A DNA stretch of 64,000 nucleotides from a virus. Below the pieces are notes generated by a model. The model was not told where the DNA came from and did not search any database. It was given only the letters and a program-made list of their open reading frames with translations. The stretch lies in IMG/VR virus record IMGVR_UViG_3300042542_004852, one strand, 5' to 3'. The position numbers were made by a program, and so were the translations under genes. Shown one piece after another: positions 56,828 through 64,000 of this stretch (the first letter of the stretch is position 1; every line of letters starts with the position of its first letter).

Positions 56828-57283
56828 TCATATTTTTTTAATATACGATTCAGTATCTTTTTTAAATCCCATTTTTTGATAAATTTTCTTTAATCTTTCA
56901 GACGTTGGGTAGTTTTCAACGCAGTTCATATTAACGTATTTTATTCCTTTGCTTTTTGCAAATTTGATGGCCTGATTATATAATGCAAATGTTTTTTTAG
57001 GATTTTTACTAATCCAAAAATATTCCGTAAATATTCTTTGATTCAAGAATGGATGAATGCTATTTATAAACATAATCATGCCGTCTGCTAATCCATTTTC
57101 AAAATTTGCCCAGCAACAAATACTACTATTTAATAATGTTGAATGAGCAAAAGAATCAATAACAGACTGAGCATTGATGGGCAGATATGCATGACCATAT
57201 TTAGTATTCTCTTCTTTAAAGAGAGCTTCTAAATCTCTAAAAGCTTTTTCAAACTCTTGGCCAGATGTGACCTTTTTAATCAT
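56828..57283 (-). CDS. GNAT-fold acetyltransferase-like protein
   Basis: EYFW...AIKFAKSKG...IYQKMGF. Confidence 0.6.
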   Translation of the reverse strand: MIKKVTSGQEFEKAFRDLEALFKEENTKYGHAYLPINAQSVIDSFAHSTLLNSSICCWANFENGLADGMIMFINSIHPFLNQRIFTEYFWISKNPKKTFALYNQAIKFAKSKGIKYVNMNCVENYPTSERLKKIYQKMGFKKDTESYIKKI

Positions 57284-58014
57284 TTAGATACAATAGAAAG
57301 AAGTTTGCGGCTTTCTTTGATTGGAATATCTTCAAAAGAATTCCAATTTGCAGCTTCTTCATTTTTGTATGTTTCGTCTTTCCATAGTTTTCTCAAATGC
57401 TTTTTGAAAGCTTCGAAATCATCGCAGCCAAGGTTTTGTTTGGCAGAGTTTTTAAGAGCGCTCTGTGGTGTCAGGGATTGAACGATTGACTCGCTCTCTT
57501 CGTAAGCGACTTTATTTTTAGACTTATCAATTTCATCATCACCAACAATATGAATATTAAGATAATTGCGAACAGAGCGAACAAAAGCACGATTTTCAGC
57601 AATAGGTTCCAAAAACTTAACGCCAAATCCAGAACAATTTTCAGAAGTTGCGTTTGCTGTGCTAGTAAATGTTTGAGCATTGCCGTCGCTTTCATAATTT
57701 GGCATCCAACTAATAGAGCAAACTGCTGTGGCATAATGGGAAGAGATTGTTTCAATTTTAAATTGAACGTCAAGGAAGCCCCTGAGTCTTGCTAGTTCTT
57801 TGATGCCAGCTAGCTTAACAAGAAGCTGATGATCACCAAGACCTTCAATAGAGTCTGGCACTTGAAGTTTGCGAGTTTCAAACCAATCCTTGTTAGGGTA
57901 CAAATGCTCTGGCTTAATCATTGCTCGCCAGTTAATTGAGCCATCTTCGTTGAATTTATATTCAACCCCGTCAATGAGGCCGAGTTCGTTACGCTTATAT
58001 TTGTTAGGATTCAT
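57280..58014 (-). CDS. Rad52/Sak-like single-strand annealing protein
   Basis: ATAVCSI...STANA...IAENRAFVRSVRNYLNI...DEID pattern. Confidence 0.5.
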   Translation of the reverse strand: MNPNKYKRNELGLIDGVEYKFNEDGSINWRAMIKPEHLYPNKDWFETRKLQVPDSIEGLGDHQLLVKLAGIKELARLRGFLDVQFKIETISSHYATAVCSISWMPNYESDGNAQTFTSTANATSENCSGFGVKFLEPIAENRAFVRSVRNYLNIHIVGDDEIDKSKNKVAYEESESIVQSLTPQSALKNSAKQNLGCDDFEAFKKHLRKLWKDETYKNEEAANWNSFEDIPIKESRKLLSIVSK

Positions 58015-59167
58015 AAATAAAATAGTGATCTAGGTCTGTCCAGAAAGACTCATTATAGATCACATCAGAAGCTCTGTCAACAAAAACTTTGTCTAAATCA
58101 GCATGAGCTTTAGAAGCATAACGTTTACCGTTTGAAAAAATATCTTTTTTGGTCAAAAATTTTAAGTTCGAAATCTCGGAAAGATTTTTAATCTTTTCTT
58201 GATTTGAGGGTTCATCAAGTTCAACTCTAAAATCAAAGTAAAAATTTCTAATTTCAGAAATCTGATCTTTGTTTTTTGTGCTGCATAAAATTTCTAGCCC
58301 AAGATTTTTAATAGACTCAAGATATTCGTTACTAAAATCAGTTGTGTTTTCTAGATGAAAAGTAATTTTTTTAATATTCTTTTTACATTTAGATAAAAGT
58401 TGTATGCTAATTGGTTTTGCAGAAATAATATGGCAATCGTAATTTGAGCACCAAGCCATTAAATTATTTTCGTTATGAAAATAATCCATTCTAATATTAA
58501 TGAGCCTATTTTTTAGTTCTTCTGCAAAACCATAAAAGTTAGGAACGACTTCTATAACTCCCTGAGAGTAAGACTCTCCAATGAATTTAGTATTAATGCT
58601 TTTGGTGTATGGAATCTTTAGCAATTCACAAATATTTTTAACAATATCTTCTGGCTTAATTGTATTGATTGATTTCGGCTTTTCGTGATAGCTGTAACTT
58701 GGTTTGCGACCATTTCGATCTGCTTCTAAAATCCGAACCTTACTTGGAGTGCTCCAGTATGGATAAGCATGACTTGGATAAATGTGAGAATAAAGAACAA
58801 CAATTGGAATATCAAAAGCACTCGCTTGATGAATCGGGAAGCTGTCAATGCCCAAGTGAAGACTTGAATTTTTAACAATGTATGATGTCTGTTTCCTTGA
58901 AAAACCAAGGAAAGATTTGTCAACAAGTGGCAATTGCGGGTCTTCTCCGCCACCAATTTGATAAATTTTATATCCCAATGGGTGCAAGAGATTTTTTAAA
59001 AGCTCTATGGCTTCTGGAAAGAATTCATAAAATTTAGAATCAATTTTGTTATCAATGTGAACAGTAATATATTTGTCATCAATAACGGGAATATAATGGG
59101 TTGGAAAAATAGGTTTACCAATTTTAACGCCCAAGTTTTTAGCGTATTCTTCGACTAGATGCGACAT
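58004..59167 (-). CDS. GT9 (heptosyltransferase-like) glycosyltransferase
   Basis: YQIGG...LHLGIDSFPIHQASAFDIPIVVLY...IKPEDIV. Confidence 0.75.
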   Translation of the reverse strand: MSHLVEEYAKNLGVKIGKPIFPTHYIPVIDDKYITVHIDNKIDSKFYEFFPEAIELLKNLLHPLGYKIYQIGGGEDPQLPLVDKSFLGFSRKQTSYIVKNSSLHLGIDSFPIHQASAFDIPIVVLYSHIYPSHAYPYWSTPSKVRILEADRNGRKPSYSYHEKPKSINTIKPEDIVKNICELLKIPYTKSINTKFIGESYSQGVIEVVPNFYGFAEELKNRLINIRMDYFHNENNLMAWCSNYDCHIISAKPISIQLLSKCKKNIKKITFHLENTTDFSNEYLESIKNLGLEILCSTKNKDQISEIRNFYFDFRVELDEPSNQEKIKNLSEISNLKFLTKKDIFSNGKRYASKAHADLDKVFVDRASDVIYNESFWTDLDHYFIYES

Positions 59168-59168
59168 A

Positions 59169-61058
59169 TTATGTTAGTTGTAATTGAGACTTATCTTTGC
59201 CATTGTGTTGATAAGTGAAGTGTTTTTGAGTTGTAACGAATGGCAAAAATGCTAGTTCAAAATATCCTTTATGCTCTCCTTGTCCCTCTAGGAAAAGCAG
59301 ATTATCAAAAATTGGAGAATATGGCAGCACCCTATGAACACATGGATGTTCATCAACGATTTCAAAGAATTGCGGCAAAGTGATAAAATAGATATTATAT
59401 TCTGGATAGAGTTCTTTTAAATTTTGAAGCAGCGAATTCACCATTAAAACATCTCCTGCTGATTGAGGCATCACCACAGCAATTCTTTTGCCTTCGTCAT
59501 CTTTATCTAGAACATCTGCAATATCAATTGTCTTTGGTTCGATTGTGGCTGCTGTATTTTTAAAATGATTTAATACTTGTTCTCTATTGAGGTCTGACTT
59601 GAGCCGATCAATCCAATGCAGGCATCCTTGGTGGTTACAGTCAACCGTTTCGCCAAGAATGTTTTTATACAAGTCAATAAGCCATTCTGTATTGTCTGCA
59701 ATATTTGGAGGCTGATAGTTTGGATTTTTGACTCTTTTTTGAATGTTCCAATCCTCTACGAAAGGTGCGTTGTCAAACATTTCTTCTAGCTGCTTGCAGA
59801 CAACCTCAATTGAGCAATGATTGATTGTAAAATTCCTGGCTTTCTTGCCAATTTCTGCGCGTTTTTCAAGCTTCATGTTGTAAACTTTATCTAATTGTTT
59901 ACAAATACTGAACGCTTTAGTGGACGCTTTGATGAATTGAGTTCCTGGCTCGCGATATTCTGACCAATCAAGCGGCAAACCTCCGCTTTCATCTGTGCAA
60001 TAGTCTTCTCCGCAAGAGTAGTTTGTTACAAGAGTAATGAGTTCAGCAAGTTTGGCTTCTTGAATTGGAATTTCTTGACCACCGCTTGTGAATGGATGAC
60101 AATAAACATCCATGATGTTGTAAATCTCGTTTAATTGAGCCTCATTTACGCCATGCACAATATTTGCTGTCGAAACACTTCTTTGAGCTTTGCAATGTGA
60201 GCAGTTTAGGTCTTGACCTTGATACGATTTGATTTCATACTGGCGACAATTCTTACAAAAGTATGTTGTGAGAATGTCGGAGTTATCAATATTCTTTTCT
60301 CTGAGAAGTCTTGGGATGTCCCATCCTTCTACCCAATGAGTGTGTAGCAAGAGCTTTGGTTTTGCTTGCGGATTTTTTGCCTTGAATTCGCAGAAGCCGT
60401 CCAAAAGATTTGGAACACTCTTTCTAAGCTGATTGCGAAATACAAAACCAATAACAAATTCGTCTTTGAGATTGAATTTTTTTCTCAAATCGTTTTTGGT
60501 TTTTGAACCAAGATTATAGAACTGATTGACATCAAGAGTTCCAGGCAGGGTTTTAACATGATCGTATCCAATCTCTTTTAGAGCCTTTTCTGCGAACGAT
60601 GCCCACACAAGGTAGTTCTTGACCTTTGGCGCTGCATCAACAGCGTCAGGAAGGATTGGAAGCGAATCTAGAGTGGTCCAGATTGCAGAAGTGATGTGGT
60701 TCCACCAAGGCTTGTCCCAAAACCCATTAAAGGCCCAAATATCCTCAATGCCAAGATACACATCTGGTTTGAGTTTTTCAATGGCGCTATCAATGCCATA
60801 AGCACCATAATTGGCGGCTCTTTCTTTGTGACCGTCTCCTCTGATTTGCGCCATGACATTTGGATTTGGCATGGAGCCATAACATTGCCAAGGTTGGAAT
60901 TTGCAATCTGGCGCGTCCCAAGGCAAGCCGTTAGCGAATTCTATAAGTTCATATTTGCCAGTTTCATGAAGCTTGCGCAAAATGTTTTTATTATTTTTCC
61001 CAAATCCAGTAAATAGACGGGAAAAATTTGTATGAATTAAGATTCGCTTTTTTCTCAT
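59169..61058 (-). CDS. GT4-like glycosyltransferase fused to a GT9-like N-terminal domain
   Basis: TGFG, RNQLRK, IYNIMDVYCHP..GGQEIPIQEAK, C-terminal SAGDVLM...LKELYP. Confidence 0.8.
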   Translation of the reverse strand: MRKKRILIHTNFSRLFTGFGKNNKNILRKLHETGKYELIEFANGLPWDAPDCKFQPWQCYGSMPNPNVMAQIRGDGHKERAANYGAYGIDSAIEKLKPDVYLGIEDIWAFNGFWDKPWWNHITSAIWTTLDSLPILPDAVDAAPKVKNYLVWASFAEKALKEIGYDHVKTLPGTLDVNQFYNLGSKTKNDLRKKFNLKDEFVIGFVFRNQLRKSVPNLLDGFCEFKAKNPQAKPKLLLHTHWVEGWDIPRLLREKNIDNSDILTTYFCKNCRQYEIKSYQGQDLNCSHCKAQRSVSTANIVHGVNEAQLNEIYNIMDVYCHPFTSGGQEIPIQEAKLAELITLVTNYSCGEDYCTDESGGLPLDWSEYREPGTQFIKASTKAFSICKQLDKVYNMKLEKRAEIGKKARNFTINHCSIEVVCKQLEEMFDNAPFVEDWNIQKRVKNPNYQPPNIADNTEWLIDLYKNILGETVDCNHQGCLHWIDRLKSDLNREQVLNHFKNTAATIEPKTIDIADVLDKDDEGKRIAVVMPQSAGDVLMVNSLLQNLKELYPEYNIYFITLPQFFEIVDEHPCVHRVLPYSPIFDNLLFLEGQGEHKGYFELAFLPFVTTQKHFTYQHNGKDKSQLQLT

Positions 61059-61059
61059 G

Positions 61060-61518
61060 TTATTCTGTGGCTTGAGCTTTTGATTCAAAAATCTTGACTA
61101 AACAGGTTTCGAGAAACACTCTGAGAGTTTCAGCTTCTGCGAGTTCAACACCCATGCCAAACTTCTGATTGCCATTACGGGAAACAGAAAAAGAAAAAGC
61201 ATCAGCGCCGTCTTTTTTCTTGTATCGAGTCCAAGAGATTTGAGTCTTGTTTTCTTCAAATGAATGGAACGCTTTCCATTCGCTATAAGTGCGAATAGCA
61301 TGGATGAGTCCACCAATTTCATTTTCGTTGATCTTGATGGCAATGGTCTTCTCTGGGTTCTCGCGATTACCAGAGAATGATCCATTCTTGGTTTGTTCAT
61401 TCCAAGAGAATTGCTGAATGCCGTTGACGTAAACTGTTGGTTGTCCCTTATTAGAAAGCTGGAAAGAGAAAGCGCATCCAGTGTTTTTACTGTTTGGTTT
61501 ATAGAAGGCTAAATTCAT
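61060..61518 (-). CDS. Probable ssDNA-binding protein (Whirly/PC4-like)
   Basis: FYKPN...FSF beta-rich repeat with a C-terminal helix. Fold guess only. Confidence 0.4.
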   Translation of the reverse strand: MNLAFYKPNSKNTGCAFSFQLSNKGQPTVYVNGIQQFSWNEQTKNGSFSGNRENPEKTIAIKINENEIGGLIHAIRTYSEWKAFHSFEENKTQISWTRYKKKDGADAFSFSVSRNGNQKFGMGVELAEAETLRVFLETCLVKIFESKAQATE

Positions 61519-61599
61519 ATAGGATAGTAAAATAACACCAATTAAAGTCCATAATTTAACTTAAAAAGTTAATTCATTAATTTTTAAATATTTTTATGC

Positions 61600-62262
61600 T
61601 TATTGCAAAATAATTTTAGGAAATTTATTAATTTTGCTTTCTTTTTTAGAAGCGTTATAGACATTAATTCCTAATTTTTTAGAAATTTCTAATGCTAAAT
61701 TGAACTTTTCAATTAAATAATCTTCTCCTAGTCTAAGTGGGTCTGGCGTACCGTGGCCGTAGAAAAAATCTTCATCAAAATCTTGAAAAAATCTTTTTGA
61801 CCACTCTTCTATTGTTTCATTTTGATCTTTTAAAAAATTATTTTGAGGACTGGGCTTGTTATTTTCAAGCCATTTTTTTGTTTTATCCTTATTATAATCA
61901 TGATCGAATCCAAGTAAATATACATTAGATGGTTTTAATGCTCCAAAAATCCAATACAAACCTTGAAAAAATGTTGTATATCCAACGTAATGAAATGGAG
62001 ATTTTTGATTTAAATCAAGCTTATTATTAATTAAATCTTTAATTGTTGATTCGTATTCTAAATACGAAATTTCATTTTTAAAATTTATTTTTGATGGAAA
62101 ATTTTCTCTTGGAAAGTCCACAGGATGAATCCAATAATCAAATAATTCATTCCCATCAAAAAGTCTCCAAGCGTTATTGGCGCAAATAATTGTATATTTT
62201 TTTTTATCAATAGAATGAATTAATTTAGCAGATTGACCGCTTCCAATATAAATAATATCCAT
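61600..62262 (-). CDS. DUF115/MAF-like glycosyltransferase-associated protein
   Basis: IGSGQS...ICANNAW...VYLLGFDH...VYNAS. Confidence 0.6.
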   Translation of the reverse strand: MDIIYIGSGQSAKLIHSIDKKKYTIICANNAWRLFDGNELFDYWIHPVDFPRENFPSKINFKNEISYLEYESTIKDLINNKLDLNQKSPFHYVGYTTFFQGLYWIFGALKPSNVYLLGFDHDYNKDKTKKWLENNKPSPQNNFLKDQNETIEEWSKRFFQDFDEDFFYGHGTPDPLRLGEDYLIEKFNLALEISKKLGINVYNASKKESKINKFPKIILQ

Positions 62263-62263
62263 T

Positions 62264-63112
62264 TTAAAATAAAGATTTAATTTTTTGTTTAATAGAGTCT
62301 GTATCAATTTTTGGATATTCCTTATTAAAATATTCAATCATTGAAACAATGAATGGGTGATTTTCATCTCTATAAATTTCATACCATCCTAAAAAATAAT
62401 TCCAAACTCTATCTTCAATAATATTTTTATATGGAACGCCATTCGGTCTATCGAATCTATGCGCCCATTTTAATTGTGGTAAGCATATATTTTTGCCACC
62501 ATTAATTTTAAATTTTTCTGATATATAGCCTTCTTCGCCACCAAAACCCCTAAAATTTTGATTAATTTTTGGCCAATTTTTTCTTTCAAATGCTAAAAGA
62601 CCCATTCCTTGCATTTCTATTTCAAATGGTTCGTTTAGTTTTAATTTTTCTTCATTAGTAGCCCAAGTGCCATACATCGCTCCGCTCCATTTTGGAGCAA
62701 AATGCGTCGAAACATAATTCAATGAGTCATAAAGCAATGGCCCCTGAATTAAATCTTTACAGTCTTGATGTTCTTTAAAATAGTAAAGCAAATTATTTAT
62801 CGCATTTGGCTGCAAAATTATATGGCAATCAAGAATGAGTACATATTTGCCAGTTGCATGTTCTACAATTTTATATTTATTAAAAGATGATGTGTTCTCT
62901 GAATACTCTATGTATTTGCCTTTTACAGAATTATTAATAAATTTTTTAACGCTTTCTGCGTGTTTACCGTTTGGATTATTGTCTAATACTATAAATTCAA
63001 TATTATTTTCTAATCCAAGTAAGTGATATAATCTAAGAGCTTGTATGGTAAAATATACACCATCATAATCGTCGTATGTGGCCATTCCAATTGTTAATAA
63101 TTTTTCGCTCAT
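62264..63112 (-). CDS. GT2 glycosyltransferase
   Basis: LTIGMATY...VLDN...LILDCH...GFGGEE. Confidence 0.82.
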   Translation of the reverse strand: MSEKLLTIGMATYDDYDGVYFTIQALRLYHLLGLENNIEFIVLDNNPNGKHAESVKKFINNSVKGKYIEYSENTSSFNKYKIVEHATGKYVLILDCHIILQPNAINNLLYYFKEHQDCKDLIQGPLLYDSLNYVSTHFAPKWSGAMYGTWATNEEKLKLNEPFEIEMQGMGLLAFERKNWPKINQNFRGFGGEEGYISEKFKINGGKNICLPQLKWAHRFDRPNGVPYKNIIEDRVWNYFLGWYEIYRDENHPFIVSMIEYFNKEYPKIDTDSIKQKIKSLF

Positions 63113-63128
63113 TGTTATATTATAAACG

Positions 63129-63746
63129 CTAAAAGTTTAAGAATCTATTGTACAATTCTATAGATTTATAATGAACAGAAGCGAATTTGTCCTTCATTTC
63201 TTTAGACCAAACCTCTCCAGTATATTTTGTTGCCCAAAGTTTTTTATGTCTGTCAATTTTTAAATCGAATTGTTTTTCTACAAAATCTTGCGCCTCATGA
63301 TAACGATCATAAACAAACACTTTATCAATTGCTAGTTCGCCATTAAAGTGAGTGTATTCATATTGATTGATATAATGGTTTAAATTCTTAAATGAGTTTT
63401 TTTCATCTGATAAGATAAAATGCTCTAACGAAGGAATCTTCATGAGTATTTTCATTTGATTATATAAGCTTGTAACTTGATCAAATGGATTTCTTAATAC
63501 AGTAAATTTTAAATATGAATTAGCCTGCAAAAACTTGTAATACTCTGAAATGTAGCTGTGAGAGTGTCCGCGAGCAGTGTGTTTTTGTATTCCATCCATT
63601 GCTCCTCTAATCGTAAATAACTTATAAGAGTCTATGTCGAGATTAGAGCTTTCTGAAAGATGTTTTTTACAAATAGCGAATTCTAAACTAGAGCCTCCAG
63701 TTTTAGGAATATGCACAAAAATAGTTCTATAAACTGAAAAAAACAT
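63129..63746 (-). CDS. Sulfotransferase family 2 protein
   Basis: FVHIPKTGGSS and LRNPFDQVTSLY. Confidence 0.85.
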   Translation of the reverse strand: MFFSVYRTIFVHIPKTGGSSLEFAICKKHLSESSNLDIDSYKLFTIRGAMDGIQKHTARGHSHSYISEYYKFLQANSYLKFTVLRNPFDQVTSLYNQMKILMKIPSLEHFILSDEKNSFKNLNHYINQYEYTHFNGELAIDKVFVYDRYHEAQDFVEKQFDLKIDRHKKLWATKYTGEVWSKEMKDKFASVHYKSIELYNRFLNF

Positions 63747-64000
63747 TACTCTAAAGTAAAATGACAATACATATTTGCATAATAATTTCCGTTAAATGGT
63801 GTCTTTCGACCATGAAGACAAAGAGCAGATTCATAATAAACACATTCGCCAGCTTCGATTAGGACTTGGTGTTCGTTGCCTTCGTGATCTACAATGTCAA
63901 ACAGCCAAGGCTCACCATCCAAAGCAACGCTCATGTTAACGCTGATGTGGTGAGTATCATTTCTGTCAGTGTGCATCTTTAATGAGGCTCCATTCTTGTA
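63746..64000 (-). CDS. 2OG-Fe(II) oxygenase (truncated at window end)
   Basis: LKMHTDR...ISV...GECVYY...HGR...HF. Confidence 0.75.
   Translation of the reverse strand, partial: YKNGASLKMHTDRNDTHHISVNMSVALDGEPWLFDIVDHEGNEHQVLIEAGECVYYESALCLHGRKTPFNGNYYANMYCHFTLE

Noticed and set aside
1-64000. Alternative genetic code (stop-codon reassignment)
   Set aside because: Long conserved genes read through intact with the standard code, and no suppressor tRNA was found.
1-64000. Eukaryotic giant virus or prophage origin
   Set aside because: Sigma70-type promoters, amidase, lambda-like tail genes and rIIA/B indicate a bacteriophage. No integrase, att site or host flank was seen.

Overview
This 64 kb window is part of a large tailed dsDNA phage genome, with no host chromosomal genes. 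A Verrucomicrobia/Planctomycetes (PVC) host is inferred from a DUF1549/DUF1553 + DUF1501 gene pair and a PVC-type ECF sigma factor. Layout: (1) 1-1.8 kb: phoH, a probable structural gene and a Zn-deaminase. (2) 2.1-11.8 kb: a plus-strand early/host-takeover-like region of small genes organised as cassettes (TTGNNN-N16-TANNNT promoter, mostly leaderless ORFs, often a GAAA-loop terminator). The cassettes are separated by ten copies of a 51-bp imperfect palindrome (CCTAGG-N3-TTTACCTA-N17-TAGGTAAA-N3-CCTANG). (3) 12-47 kb: mostly minus-strand genes, including RuvB-like ATPase, HhH glycosylase, lysins, rIIA/rIIB, macro domain, YopX, prolyl 4-hydroxylase-like, ThyX, UvsE, ECF sigma, beta-glucosyltransferase-like and a sulfotransferase, plus canonical and non-canonical tRNAs. 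(4) 47.3-56.5 kb: lambda-like tail tip L-K-I-J and a Thr/Cys-rich fibre-like gene. (5) 56.5-64 kb: annealing/SSB-like genes and a glycosyltransferase/sulfotransferase/2OG-oxygenase cluster. The strongest novelty candidates are the palindrome-delimited cassette array, the non-canonical tRNA-like RNAs (two with CAU anticodons on class II bodies, two with broken anticodon arms), the phage-borne PVC DUF1549/1553-DUF1501 module, and a possible virion hydroxylation/glycosylation/sulfation pathway. All protein assignments come from motif recognition by eye; no searches were run.
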